Below, in pieces: positions 1-11,362 of a stretch of DNA of 64,000 nucleotides. Where the stretch lies: NCBI GenBank assembly GCA_044224875.1, contig JBGAJQ010000007.1, positions 32,001-96,000 of the forward strand, given 5' to 3'. The notes under the pieces were generated by a model. The model searched no databases. It saw only the letters and a list, made by a program, of their open reading frames with translations, and was not told the origin of the DNA. Position 1 is the stretch's first letter; each line of letters starts with the position of its first letter. The DNA is from Gemmatimonadaceae bacterium (GTDB taxonomy: Bacteria; Gemmatimonadota; Gemmatimonadetes; Gemmatimonadales; Gemmatimonadaceae). Made by a program: the position numbers and the translations under genes.

Positions 1-1
1 C

Positions 2-436
2 TTCGACAAGAAGATCAAGCCGTGGGTGCTACCGGACTTCAACAACCGGGTGGCTGAAGGCAGCATTGATGTGCGCTGGAACAGCCGCGTGGCGGCCATC
101 GACGGCGAACAGGTGACGATTCGTCGATCCGACCACAGCGTGGAGAGGCTCCGTGCCGAACATGTGTTCCTGATGACCGGCTTTGCGCCTAACGTGCAAC
201 TGCTGCAAGGGATTGGCGTGACCATCGACGCGGCGACGGGCATCCCGACGCACGATCCCCACACGTTGGAAACGAATATCCCAGGGGTGTTCGTTGCCGG
301 GGTGGTGGTCGCGGGATACGATGCGAACAAGGTCTTCATCGAAAACGGGCGCTATCATGGCGACCGCATCGTGGCGCGGCTCACCGGACGCCCGGCGCCA
401 CCGCCGCCAACACTCAGCCGCGAACTGGACAGCTGA
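2..436 (+). CDS. ypdA: YpdA-family FAD-dependent (bacillithiol) disulfide reductase, 3' part only; cut by the window edge
   Basis: Frame is open from base 2 (FDKKIKPWVLPD). Contains TrxR-like ETNIPGVFVAG and the YpdA-like C-terminal FIENGRYHG. Confidence 0.75.
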   Translation, partial: FDKKIKPWVLPDFNNRVAEGSIDVRWNSRVAAIDGEQVTIRRSDHSVERLRAEHVFLMTGFAPNVQLLQGIGVTIDAATGIPTHDPHTLETNIPGVFVAGVVVAGYDANKVFIENGRYHGDRIVARLTGRPAPPPPTLSRELDS

Positions 437-532
437 ACGTCGCCTGCTGGCGCTTCCGATCCTCCGGGGCGGTGGTGCACATTGCGATCAACCGCCCAAC
501 ACCACAGACCTTCCCTCCACCGATCCGCACGA

Positions 533-1876
533 ATGCAACCCGATGTGATGGACAAGCTGGTGTCGCTGTGCAAGCGACGTGGATTCATCTTCCAGTCCTC
601 CGAGATCTACGGCGGTGCAGGGTCGGTGTGGGACTACGGCCCGCTGGGCGTAGAGCTGAAGAAGAACGTCAAGGATCGCTGGTGGCATGCGATGGTGCGG
701 TCTCGCGACGACATCGAGGGCTTGGATGCGGCCATCCTCATGCATCCCCGCGTCTGGGAGGCGAGTGGCCATGTCGCCGGGTTCACCGATCCGCTCGTGG
801 ACTGCCGCGCGTGCAAGGCGCGCTTTCGCGCGGACAAGCTCGAAGACTCCCAGTGCCCCAGGAAACCGAGCAAGCACGCCGGCGAACATGCAGACTGTCA
901 GTTGACCGAGCCTCGTCAGTTCAACCTCATGTTCAAAACGTTCATGGGGCCGGTGGAGGAGTCGGCCTCGGTGGTGTACCTGCGGCCGGAGACGGCGCAG
1001 GGCATCTACGTGAACTTCCTGAATGTGCAGCAGGCCACGCGCCAGAAGGTGCCGTTCGGCATTGCCCAGATCGGGAAAGCGTTCCGCAACGAAATCACGC
1101 CGGGCAACTTCATCTTCCGCACGCGGGAATTCGAGCAAATGGAGATGCAGTTCTTCGTGGACCCGGCTGCGGACCACATGCAGTGGTTCGAGTTCTGGAA
1201 GGCGCAGCGCATGGAGTGGCACCAGTCCCTGGGCTTGCAGGCGGATCGACTGCTCTTTCACCAGCACACCCCGCAGGAGTTGGCACACTACGCACGCGCC
1301 GCGTTCGACATCCAGTTTGACTTCGGTGGCACCCTGGGCTTTCAAGAGATCGAAGGGGTGCACCATCGCGGCGACTTCGACCTCGGCCGGCATCAAGAGT
1401 ATTCCGGCAAGAAGCTGGAGTACTTCGACCAGCCGAACAATCGCCGGTTCACGCCGTTCGTGATCGAGACCTCTGTTGGAGCTGACAGAACGACGCTCGC
1501 GCTCCTCGTCAACGGGTATCGCGAGGAAGCAGTGGAAGGCGAAGAAGAAGGCCGCGTGGTGCTTGGTCTACACCCATCGCTGGCGCCGATCAAAGCCGGG
1601 ATCTTTCCGCTGGTGAAGAAGGACGGCATGCCCGAGTTCGCGGAGAAGCTGGCGGCGACGTTGCGGCCACATTTCCCCGTGTTCTATGACGAATCCGGGG
1701 CGATAGGGCGTCGCTACCGACGCCAGGATGAGGTCGGTACGCCGTTCTGCCTCACGGTGGATGGAGAGACGATGCAGAACGGCACCGTGACGGTGCGCGA
1801 TCGGGATTCGCTTCAGCAGGAGCGCGTCGCCGCGGACCAGGTGCAGGGGTTCATTCAGGCAAAGCTCGCGCGCTAG
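533..1876 (+). CDS. glyQS: Glycine--tRNA ligase (alpha2, class II type)
   Basis: [43 protein letters not shown], and anticodon domain [17 protein letters not shown] at 533. Confidence 0.97.
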   Translation: MQPDVMDKLVSLCKRRGFIFQSSEIYGGAGSVWDYGPLGVELKKNVKDRWWHAMVRSRDDIEGLDAAILMHPRVWEASGHVAGFTDPLVDCRACKARFRADKLEDSQCPRKPSKHAGEHADCQLTEPRQFNLMFKTFMGPVEESASVVYLRPETAQGIYVNFLNVQQATRQKVPFGIAQIGKAFRNEITPGNFIFRTREFEQMEMQFFVDPAADHMQWFEFWKAQRMEWHQSLGLQADRLLFHQHTPQELAHYARAAFDIQFDFGGTLGFQEIEGVHHRGDFDLGRHQEYSGKKLEYFDQPNNRRFTPFVIETSVGADRTTLALLVNGYREEAVEGEEEGRVVLGLHPSLAPIKAGIFPLVKKDGMPEFAEKLAATLRPHFPVFYDESGAIGRRYRRQDEVGTPFCLTVDGETMQNGTVTVRDRDSLQQERVAADQVQGFIQAKLAR

Positions 1877-2086
1877 GAGGTCGATGGCTCGGCGTCTCGC
1901 GCTATCCTGCGTCGATTCGAGGGGGCGAATTTGACCTGACGGATGGCTGCGCCGTCACGGTTGGGTCTGACACATCGCGTTCCAACGTTCGTCGCCGATT
2001 CGCCCACTCCCCAGCCGCGCTGAGGGCGTACGTCCGCTGAGGTGTCTCTGTCACGGTGGCCTTTCAACCCTTTGCGTGGAGGTACC

Positions 2087-2524
2087 GTGGCGAATTCTGT
2101 CAATCAAGATCGTCGAGCGTTTGTTCGCGAAGCTGCGCTCACGCTGGTCGTACTTAGCGGCTGCTCTGGGGACAGTACCGGGCCGTCCGCGATCGATGGC
2201 GTCACGGTGTCCGGGAGTCAGGTGACGCTCGATTTGACCAAGGTGACGATGTTGTCATCTGTTGGCACTGCGCTCTTCATCCCGAGTGCGCGCGTGGTGG
2301 TACTGCGTACAGGTACGACGACCTTCAAGGCGTTCACCACGACCTGCACGCATGCGGGGTGCGCCGTGAATTCCTTTGCGGACGGGCGGATCAACTGTCC
2401 GTGCCACGGATCGCAATACGACACAAACGGTCAGGTGGTCGCTGGTCCTGCACCGCGCGCACTCACGCAGTACGCGACCACGTTTGATGCAGGCGCGAAC
2501 CTGGTGACGATCAACAAGGGTTGA
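2087..2524 (+). CDS. Small Rieske [2Fe-2S] protein, probable Tat lipoprotein
   Basis: Rieske motifs CTHAGC and CPCHGS. DRRAFV twin-arginine, hydrophobic stretch and LSGC lipobox. GGAGG precedes GTG 2087. Confidence 0.88.
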   Translation: MANSVNQDRRAFVREAALTLVVLSGCSGDSTGPSAIDGVTVSGSQVTLDLTKVTMLSSVGTALFIPSARVVVLRTGTTTFKAFTTTCTHAGCAVNSFADGRINCPCHGSQYDTNGQVVAGPAPRALTQYATTFDAGANLVTINKG

Positions 2525-2753
2525 CGTCTGGCGCTTCGGCTCGTGTGCAAGGTGCCGTTCGTGAGCGCAGCAACGACCAGGCTGCCAAGAATGTGCGGCC
2601 AGATCGTCATGAGGCTGGTGTCCAGGCGGACCCGACGTCTGGACGCGGCGAGTGTCAGGGTGCCAATTCCCCGGGCCACCTCGCATTTCTGGTGAGGACC
2701 GATGGCCGGCGCCGACCTCGATTCGGCACCGACGTTTCCCTCGGGGGGAAGGA

Positions 2754-3437
2754 ATGAAGCCGACGGCACTCGTGACCGGTGCATCGAAGGGGATTGGGCG
2801 CGCCATCGCCCGCCGGTTGGCCAGTACACATTCCGTGATCGTGAGCGCGAGGTCCGAGACCCTGTTGGAGGGGCTGGCCCGCGAAATCCGCGCCGCCGGT
2901 GGCACCTGTCGGGCCGTGGCATTGGACCTGCGTCGCCCCTCCGACCTGCCCGAGCAGCTGTCGACGCTCGACGTGGATGTCCTGGTGAACAACGCCGGTG
3001 TCATGCACAAGAAGCCAGTGGTTGAGCTGACGGACGAGGAATGGCAGGAAATGGTGGACGTGAACTACAGTGCACTCTTTCACATGACGCGAGCCGTCCT
3101 TCCGAACATGCTGAAGCGAGGGCGCGGACACATCGTCAACATTGCCTCCATCGCCGGCCGGTCGGCGTTCGTCGGGGGCGCCGGATACGCCTCCACCAAG
3201 CATGCGGTGATGGGCTTCAGCGAATCGCTCATGCTCGAACTCCGGGACAGCGGAGTGCGCGTATCGGTCGTGTGTCCCGGATCGGTGGCAACGGACATGG
3301 TGGCCGACGGTTCGGATACGAGCTGGATGCTCAAACCAGAAGATGTCGCGGAAGCTGTGGCCAGCGTGGTCGCCATGCCCGAGCACGCACTGGTCTATCA
3401 GGTGGAAGTGCGCGCGGCGCGACCCAACAAACGGTAG
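2754..3437 (+). CDS. Short-chain dehydrogenase/reductase (SDR)
   Basis: TGASKGIG, NNAG and YASTK (YxxxK) motifs. Confidence 0.93.
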   Translation: MKPTALVTGASKGIGRAIARRLASTHSVIVSARSETLLEGLAREIRAAGGTCRAVALDLRRPSDLPEQLSTLDVDVLVNNAGVMHKKPVVELTDEEWQEMVDVNYSALFHMTRAVLPNMLKRGRGHIVNIASIAGRSAFVGGAGYASTKHAVMGFSESLMLELRDSGVRVSVVCPGSVATDMVADGSDTSWMLKPEDVAEAVASVVAMPEHALVYQVEVRAARPNKR

Positions 3438-3515
3438 ACTCGCCCCCGCAGTGCCGACGCACCTGTCGGGCATAACGCTTCGCAAACTCGGTGACGCCCC
3501 GCTAAGTTGCGGTTC

Positions 3516-4901
3516 GTGCGCAAACCTCGCGTCCTCACCCATGACCGGTTTCGCGGCCCACCCTCGCCTCAGCCTCCGGGGATGCCAGGGGCCCAGTCCA
3601 GTCTTCGTGAACTGCTCCTGATCCGCGAGATTGTGCATGCGTTCCTGCATGCCGACCGCCCCAGCGACGTCTTTCAATTCACGTTGGACCGCACGAGCCC
3701 GATGGTAGGCGCCACCTTCGCGTCGGTTTATCTCGTGGATGGCGTGTCGGAGCTCATGCACCTGGTGGCAGCTTACAACTGGCCGGAGCGCTACCGTCCG
3801 TGGCTCGGTGAAATGCGCGTTAGGCTTGGTTACGGTCCAAGCGGCGAGGCCGCCGCTGAGCGACGTGCCATCGAAGTGCACGACGTTTTCGCCGACAAGG
3901 ACCTCGAGGATTGGCAGGAGGTGGCGACCGAGCTTCAGTTCCGCTCCCTTGTCGCGTTGCCGCTGCAAACGGCCAAAGGCGTGACCGGCGCCGTCACCTT
4001 CTACTTCGAGGGCACCGGGGCGCCAACACCAGAGACCCGTGGCCTGCTGCGCATTGTCGCCGACCAGATGGCGGCCACCGCGGAGAAGGCGTCGCTGATC
4101 GACGAGCTACGTCGCGCCAATGTCGCGCTGCGCGAAGCGAATGAAGAGCTGGAAGGCCAGGTACGCGAGGTCTTGGATGCGCGGCGTGTTCAGGACGAAT
4201 TTCTCGCCAGCGTATCGCAGGAGCTCAGAAGTCCGTTGACGGCGATCATCGAATACCTAGCCACCCTCAAACGCGACCTCGCCGAGCCGTTGACCGAGCA
4301 ACAGCGTGCCGAATTGTCCAACATCCAGGAGGGCAGTGAAGGGCTGCTCTCTTTGGTGGACGACCTCTTGGACCTCACCAACGCGAATCGTGGAGTTCGG
4401 GGTCTGCGAGGGCAGGAGTTCGACCCACGAGATGTCGTCCGCGATGTCGCGGCCGCTGCTCCGGGGCACGCCGCCGGCGTCCAGTTCACGGTGCACAGAC
4501 CGGAAGGACTCCTCGCGCAGATGAAGAGCGATCGAGCCCGCGTGACAAAGATCCTCACCGCGCTCCTTGGTCACGCCTTCCGTACGACGTCCAGCGGAGA
4601 GGTGAGCATGGGCGTTGAGGTGAGGGGACTCCATGCGGTCTTTCGCGTACAGGACACCGGGAGTGGCATCGCCGTGGACGAGCCACTCACGTACTCCGGC
4701 GAGCGCGGCAAACCCGGTACCGGACCTCAGCTTGCACTAGCCCTCTCCCGGCGGTTGGCGCGCCTGCTCGGCGGAGACATCTTTATCGACGCCATTCCAG
4801 GAGCGGGGACGACCTATACCGTCGAACTGCCACTGGAGTTGGATCGCGACAACGTCGTCGCGGAGAGCTCGGCCGAGTTTCCAAAGACGATCCACTCTTA
4901 G
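3516..4901 (+). CDS. GAF-HisKA-HATPase protein with degenerate catalytic motifs (probable pseudo-histidine kinase)
   Basis: GAF region (SLVALPL..VTGAVTFY), coiled coil, H-box VSQELRSPL (His replaced by Gln), VQDTGSGI G1 box, TYTVELP. Start uncertain (3507 or 3516). Confidence 0.8.
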   Translation: MRKPRVLTHDRFRGPPSPQPPGMPGAQSSLRELLLIREIVHAFLHADRPSDVFQFTLDRTSPMVGATFASVYLVDGVSELMHLVAAYNWPERYRPWLGEMRVRLGYGPSGEAAAERRAIEVHDVFADKDLEDWQEVATELQFRSLVALPLQTAKGVTGAVTFYFEGTGAPTPETRGLLRIVADQMAATAEKASLIDELRRANVALREANEELEGQVREVLDARRVQDEFLASVSQELRSPLTAIIEYLATLKRDLAEPLTEQQRAELSNIQEGSEGLLSLVDDLLDLTNANRGVRGLRGQEFDPRDVVRDVAAAAPGHAAGVQFTVHRPEGLLAQMKSDRARVTKILTALLGHAFRTTSSGEVSMGVEVRGLHAVFRVQDTGSGIAVDEPLTYSGERGKPGTGPQLALALSRRLARLLGGDIFIDAIPGAGTTYTVELPLELDRDNVVAESSAEFPKTIHS

Positions 4902-4910
4902 CTTGCTCAC

Positions 4911-5198
4911 ATGTCCACCCAACGTCGCACACTGCAGGAAGCACAGACGAGTCTCACGGTTTCCGACGTCCTGACGGCCGCAGTCGAGTTCTTCTCTCGA
5001 CGGGTGTCCATCTATACCGCCTACGTCGAGCAGCAAGGGCCGACCTTTGTCACCTTGCGTGGTCAGGGGGGCGAGGAGGTCGTCATCGCCGCCTCACCAC
5101 TGCCTAACGGGTCGCGGGTGACGGGCGCGACCTACATGTTCGACGCACAAGTGTCGCGATTTCTCGCCACGTTACCGCCGGCGTCGGAGGTTGCATGA
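4911..5198 (+). CDS. Hypothetical protein (95 aa)
   Basis: Starts 9 nt after the upstream stop, ATGA overlap with the next gene, globular-looking composition. Confidence 0.75.
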   Translation: MSTQRRTLQEAQTSLTVSDVLTAAVEFFSRRVSIYTAYVEQQGPTFVTLRGQGGEEVVIAASPLPNGSRVTGATYMFDAQVSRFLATLPPASEVA

Positions 5199-5517
5199 CT
5201 ACACCATTCGTCGCGCAGCTTCGCTCGCGCCCTGACATCCTTCGGCTTGGCACCGGCAGCGAGCCAGTTATCACGGTGCGGGTGCAGCTCGCCGAGCGCT
5301 GGGATACCGTTCGGGTGGACGCCCCCGCCGACACATCGGTGAGCGTCCTCAAGCAACGCGCCTTGGAGGCGCTGGCTCCCGATGCACCGCGCTCGGAGGA
5401 ATACGTGACGAAGCTGAATGGATGGGAGGTTTTGGACGAGCGGAGTACGCTTGCGGCTGCCGGCGCGGTCTCTGGATCGACGTTCTTGTTGCACTCGCGC
5501 CGCCGGCACCCAGTCCG

Positions 5518-5521
<4 letters not shown>
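5195..5521 (+). CDS. Ubiquitin-like (beta-grasp; YukD/EsaB-like) small protein
   Basis: ITVRVQ..TVRVDAPADTSVSVLKQRALEAL..YVTKLNGWEVLDERSTLAAAGAVSGSTFLLH follows the ubiquitin strand/helix pattern by eye. GGAGG RBS. Confidence 0.65.
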
Positions 5522-6549
<1,028 letters not shown>

Positions 6550-6596
6550 CGGGGGGCGCGCCAAGTCGGAGCTTGGCAGGAGCTTGTGATCTCGGT

Positions 6597-7454
6597 ATGA
6601 CCCTCTCGCGCTATGGTCCGTTGCTAGACGCCGTTCGTGGGCTTCAATGGCCTTCGCGGCGACGAGCGGCTGGTGTGCTCCCCGGGACGCACGAATCGAG
6701 GCGACGGGGCGCATCTCCCGAGTTGTCCGAGTATCGCGCCTATCGACAGGGGGACGATCCCCGCCAGCTCGACTGGCGGCTGCTGGCTCGGACGGATCGC
6801 GCGTTCATTCGGCTCGCCGAGGAGCGCTCGATCATGGGCACCGTCTTTCTGCTGGACGCGTCAGCGTCCATGGATTTTCCGCGTGGCGGGATCAGCAAGT
6901 GGGACATCGCGTGCACCCTCTGCGTGGGCATGGCGGCGATCGCCCACTTTGCCGGGGACCCGGTGGGCCTGCTCGTGCCTACCGGCGCTGGCGCGGTACA
7001 CCTGTCGCCGCGTTCCCGGCGTGGGGCGGTGCACGCGATGGCGCGCGCCTTGGATGAGGTTCGACCGTCAGGCTCAACCGGTCTGGCCGAAGCGTTGTCG
7101 CACATCGGTCGTTCGCAGCGAGTCGTGGTGATCAGCGACTTTCTGGGCGACGAGGCGGCCCTTCGTCGGGCGTGCCGGTCCCTCCTTGCGGCACGTCGCG
7201 ACGTGCAAGGCGTGCACGTGATCGCGGCGGCGGAGATTGCGCCTTCGCTGGGATCGGGGCTGGTGGAGGACCCTGAGTCGCCTCAGGTGCGCCGTCCGTT
7301 CACCGCAGATACCCGGTCTGCCTACATCGCGAGATTCGCGGCGTGGCGTGAGTCGTTGGCGCACGGATGGCGGCAGGACGGGGCATCGTTCGCATCGGTG
7401 ATCACCGATGAAGACCCGGCGCGCGCGGTGCGACGCCTGGTGACTTCCGCATGA
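6597..7454 (+). CDS. DUF58 / VWA-like MoxR partner protein
   Basis: EYRAYRQGDDPRQLDWRLLART, MIDAS-like LLDASASM, VISDF. Confidence 0.92.
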   Translation: MTLSRYGPLLDAVRGLQWPSRRRAAGVLPGTHESRRRGASPELSEYRAYRQGDDPRQLDWRLLARTDRAFIRLAEERSIMGTVFLLDASASMDFPRGGISKWDIACTLCVGMAAIAHFAGDPVGLLVPTGAGAVHLSPRSRRGAVHAMARALDEVRPSGSTGLAEALSHIGRSQRVVVISDFLGDEAALRRACRSLLAARRDVQGVHVIAAAEIAPSLGSGLVEDPESPQVRRPFTADTRSAYIARFAAWRESLAHGWRQDGASFASVITDEDPARAVRRLVTSA

Positions 7455-8725
7455 TGTCGTTTGCCGCGCCAGAGTACCTGTGGGGTGCCGCTCTTGGCGC
7501 CCTCGTGGTGGTCGGGTTGCACCTGCTGGCGCGACGTGAACGCCGCGCGGACGTCCTGCCGACGGCACGGTTCGTCCCCGAGCGCGTCGCAACCTCGGTG
7601 GTGCGCCCCGACCGGCTGAAGGATGTCGCCATCCTATCGCTGCGCGTGCTGGCCCTCGCCTTGATTGGCTTGGCCGCCGCGCGGCCCGCCTGGGACGCGC
7701 GATCGGCGGGTATCGCCCGGGTCATTGTGCTGGACCGCGCCGCCGGTGAATGGCGCCCCGCCGCTGATGTTGTGCGACGCCTTGCCCGAGATGGAACGAC
7801 GTCTCTTGTGGTGGTGGATTCTTCAGCGCGCCTTGCCGAGCCCGACCAGCTTGCCGCAGATCCGGATACGGTAGGGTACCCGACGGCTGCTTCTCTGTCG
7901 GCAGCGTTGGTGCTGGCGGTTAGGCAAGCCAACGCATTCACTGCGCGATTCGCGCGGGTGGAACTGCACGTCGTATCGCCCCTTCGCCGGCAGGAAGTAG
8001 ACGCGGCCACGCTCCCGATTCGACGTCTCTGGGCCGATTCTATCACACTGCACGACGTCCCGGTTCGCGACAAGATCGAGCCGGCCCGGGGGCTCGAGAC
8101 GACGCTCGACGACGATGACGTCGTTGGAGCCGCGGTGCGACTGACGGTGCCGGTTCGGACGGATGGACAAGCCACGGTTCGAGCTCGCCGCGGCACGCCG
8201 ACGGTTGAAGACTTGCAGTGGGTGGGCGAGGCGCCGCGAGTCCTGCTTGCCTGGCCCGACACGTCGATCGCACGACAGAGCCAGGATTCACTGGACGCCG
8301 TGACGTCGACGCTTGCGACGGTTGTTGGGTACTTTCGCCGAGACACGGCATCGTTGAAGGGTGTCCCGATCCTGTGGTGGCGCGACGGAGCGGTCGCCGC
8401 AACGGAAGCGAGGGCGGGCAAGGGGTGCGTGCGCAGCGTCGGCTTTGTACCAGGTTCGCGCGGCGACGCCGCCATATCAATCGGCGTTAGGCGGGTGGTG
8501 GAGCGACTGACGGGGCCGTGTGGCGCCGCACAACCGGGTGATCCGCTGCCGCCACCGCTTCGAAGCGCGTTGGCCGCACCCGCGTCTACGCGGACGGGTG
8601 CCGGCGCCGCATCGCCACAAGGATCTCGTCTCGTCCCCGCCTTGCTCCTCCTCGGCGCGTTGCTCGCGCTTGCGGCGGAGCAGTGGATGCGCCGGTCCAA
8701 CGGCGATCGTGGAGCCACCGAATGA
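7451..8725 (+). CDS. BatA-domain membrane protein
   Basis: N-terminal MSFAAPEYLWG..LHLL..PTARFV..LRVLALALIGLAAARP double-TM BatA signature. C-terminal TM ending in EQWMRR. ATGA-coupled. Confidence 0.85.
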   Translation: MMSFAAPEYLWGAALGALVVVGLHLLARRERRADVLPTARFVPERVATSVVRPDRLKDVAILSLRVLALALIGLAAARPAWDARSAGIARVIVLDRAAGEWRPAADVVRRLARDGTTSLVVVDSSARLAEPDQLAADPDTVGYPTAASLSAALVLAVRQANAFTARFARVELHVVSPLRRQEVDAATLPIRRLWADSITLHDVPVRDKIEPARGLETTLDDDDVVGAAVRLTVPVRTDGQATVRARRGTPTVEDLQWVGEAPRVLLAWPDTSIARQSQDSLDAVTSTLATVVGYFRRDTASLKGVPILWWRDGAVAATEARAGKGCVRSVGFVPGSRGDAAISIGVRRVVERLTGPCGAAQPGDPLPPPLRSALAAPASTRTGAGAASPQGSRLVPALLLLGALLALAAEQWMRRSNGDRGATE

Positions 8726-10758
8726 GTGGTGACACGGTCGTGCGCCAGCAGGTGCGACACACGCAGCGCATGTTGAAGCTGTCTGCTGTGTTGCACGGCA
8801 TCGGAGTCGCCGCCCTCGGTGCTGGGGTGACGTTGGCGCTGACGTACCTCGTCGGGTCCAGTGTCCACACCGCGACTGGGTTTGCCCTGGTTGTGGGCGT
8901 GGCGGCGGGAGCCTACGAGTTCTTCCGCCGTGGGGCCCGTTCCCTGTCGCTCGAACGCGCGGCACTGTGGGTGGATGAACGTGTCCCAAGCATGCGTTAC
9001 GCGTTGGTGAGTGCCTTGGGGGAACCTGCCGCACACCGCAGGTTGGAGCCGGCGATCGATCGAACGGCATGGCGCCGGGTGGAAGGGGAGGCGGTGCGAG
9101 CAGCAGGGCGACGTGCTCTCTTGCTGGTGACGGGAGGGGTGGCGACCCTATGGCTGGCACATCGGCTGCCGTTCGCCGCCTTCGCAGACTCGGTCGCCAA
9201 TGCGCCCATGCCCGGACGCAGCGCCCCGGGAACCGTCCGCGTGCACGCGCGAGTCGAGCCACCGGCGTACACGCACCTCAAATCGGAGGAGCAGGACAAC
9301 CCCACGACAATTCGCGCCATCGCCGGGAGTACGCTGGCGATGACGGCAGCCGAGGCGGATGTGGTTGCGCGCTTGGGCGACTCGTCGCTGGCAACGTCGC
9401 CTGTGGCGACCGGTCGTCAGGTCAAACTACGAGTTTCTCCTGGGGCTCGCGTCTTGGCGATGGCCACCGCGACGGGGAGCCGGCTCGTGACGATCGACGG
9501 TATTGCCGACTCGGTGCCCACGGTCACGCTGTCACAGCCAGCGCACGACACCGTGTTTCGGGAGCCGCGAGGCACGGTCGATCTCTCGGCGCACCTCATG
9601 GATGATTTCGGTGTCTCCAACGCGGCGTTCGAATACATCGTCTCGTCGGGGGAGGGGGAGAGCTTCACCTTCCGGCGCGGTCGCGCCGGCTCGCGGTCCC
9701 TTGGCGGGATTCGCAGCAGCACCTTGACCGCACGACTGTCTTTGGAGGCGCTACAGCTCAAACCGGGTGACATCGTGCACCTGCGCGCCGTCGCGCAGGA
9801 CGCGAACACGGTCACCGGGCCCGGCATCGGTAGCTCGGACACGCGCACGCTGCGGATCGCCCGCGCGGGTGAGTACGACTCGCTGGCGGTGGAAGGGGCT
9901 CCACCGCCGGAAGCCGACAAGTCGGTGTTGAGCCAGCGCATGCTGATCAACCTGACGGAAGCCCTCAGACGCCGGCGGCGAACGCTCGCTCGCGATGGGT
10001 TCGTCACCCAGGCCCAAGGGATCGCGAGGGATCAGGCCCGCCTGCGGCGCCAGGTGGGAGACCTCATCTTCGATCGGCTGGGCGACACACCAACCGGCGA
10101 ACACTCGCATGATGCCGATGCGGAGCGGCCGCTCTCGAAGGAAGAGTTGCTCAAGGCCGCCGAAGAGGCCACCAAGGCGGATTCCGAAGTGCTCGACTTT
10201 GCGAACGGCGAGTCGCCGGTCACCAACATCAATCGCCCCTTGCTGGAGGCGTACAACGCGATGTGGGACGCCGGTCGCGAGTTAGGCATCGCCGACCTGG
10301 AACGCGCGCTGCCGCATATGTATCGCGCCCTCGCGGCAATCCAGCGGGCGCGTGCCGCCGAACGGTTGTACCTGCGAGGCAAGGCGCCGCGGGTGGTGGT
10401 GGACATCGCCCGCGTGCGTTTGCAGGGAAGGGACAAGGGACGCTCGTTCGTACGCACCCCACTGACGTCCGCCGATTCGGCACGAAACCTCGCGCGGACG
10501 CGTTTTGCCGGCGCGATCGAGCGTTTGTCCGCGGATCCCGGCCCGGCGATTGACTCGCTCGTTGTGCTTCGTGTCGATGTTGCCGCGTGGAGTGCCCCTG
10601 CCGCCCGTGCGCTGGATGCCGCCGTGGAGGCCCTTCGTTCAGAGCGGGACGCGACTGAGGTCTTGCTCCAGGCGCGCCGCGCCTTGGACGGCCCGATCAC
10701 TCACACGGATTCGGTTTCGCGCTGGTCGCGGTCCGGTGGGACGGGCTTCCATGAGTGA
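8722..10758 (+). CDS. Membrane protein of the MoxR cluster (DUF4175-like; TMs, Ig-like region, helical C-terminus)
   Basis: N-terminal TMs, VEPPAYT, DSVPTV, DDFGV and LKPGD..RAVAQD motifs seen in this MoxR-associated family. ATGA-coupled. Confidence 0.7.
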   Translation: MSGDTVVRQQVRHTQRMLKLSAVLHGIGVAALGAGVTLALTYLVGSSVHTATGFALVVGVAAGAYEFFRRGARSLSLERAALWVDERVPSMRYALVSALGEPAAHRRLEPAIDRTAWRRVEGEAVRAAGRRALLLVTGGVATLWLAHRLPFAAFADSVANAPMPGRSAPGTVRVHARVEPPAYTHLKSEEQDNPTTIRAIAGSTLAMTAAEADVVARLGDSSLATSPVATGRQVKLRVSPGARVLAMATATGSRLVTIDGIADSVPTVTLSQPAHDTVFREPRGTVDLSAHLMDDFGVSNAAFEYIVSSGEGESFTFRRGRAGSRSLGGIRSSTLTARLSLEALQLKPGDIVHLRAVAQDANTVTGPGIGSSDTRTLRIARAGEYDSLAVEGAPPPEADKSVLSQRMLINLTEALRRRRRTLARDGFVTQAQGIARDQARLRRQVGDLIFDRLGDTPTGEHSHDADAERPLSKEELLKAAEEATKADSEVLDFANGESPVTNINRPLLEAYNAMWDAGRELGIADLERALPHMYRALAAIQRARAAERLYLRGKAPRVVVDIARVRLQGRDKGRSFVRTPLTSADSARNLARTRFAGAIERLSADPGPAIDSLVVLRVDVAAWSAPAARALDAAVEALRSERDATEVLLQARRALDGPITHTDSVSRWSRSGGTGFHE

Positions 10759-11362
10759 GTTTGTGTTCGCCACGGCGCAGTACGAGTCGGGTGACTGGGA
10801 TTCCGCGCCGCTCGTCCCTGTGAACATCATCGATTCAGTAGCGCGATACACCTCGATTCCGGTCGCCCCGCAAGGCGTCAACGTCTCGCTGGCGTCGGAT
10901 GACGTCCTCCGGTATCCACTGTTGTTCCTGACGGGCCATCTCCCGGTCCGCTTCACGACGCCAGAGCGAGAGACTCTTCGCAAGTACCTCAGTCGTGGTG
11001 GAATGCTCTTTGTCGATGACCACAACCACGACGTGGACGGGGCGTTTCACCGTACCGCGACCGAGGAGATCCAGCGCGCAGCGGGCCCGCTGGTGAAGGT
11101 TCCAAAGAGTCACCCGCTGTACCGGGCCTTCTTTGTGTTCCCTGACGGGCCGCCAAACACGAGTCACGAACTGAATGGCTGGGGAGACAATCTCATTCAC
11201 CCCGAGCTGTTGGCGGTCACCCATGGCGACCGCATCGCCGTGCTCTACAGCAACAAGGACTATAGCTCAGAGTGGAGTTATCACCCGGATAACAAGCGCT
11301 TCTTCTCGGTCGACAATACCCGGTTCGGCGTCAACATCGTGGTCTATGCGCTCACCTTCTGA
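10751..11362 (+). CDS. DUF4159 domain protein
   Basis: YPLLFLTGH, LRKYLSRGGMLFVDD, HPLY, VLYSNKDY, FGVNIVVYALT. Confidence 0.88.
   Translation: MSEFVFATAQYESGDWDSAPLVPVNIIDSVARYTSIPVAPQGVNVSLASDDVLRYPLLFLTGHLPVRFTTPERETLRKYLSRGGMLFVDDHNHDVDGAFHRTATEEIQRAAGPLVKVPKSHPLYRAFFVFPDGPPNTSHELNGWGDNLIHPELLAVTHGDRIAVLYSNKDYSSEWSYHPDNKRFFSVDNTRFGVNIVVYALTF

Noticed and set aside
2525..2753. Structured RNA or small ORF between the Rieske and SDR genes
   Set aside because: No recognisable riboswitch or ncRNA motif, and the ORFs lack convincing features.
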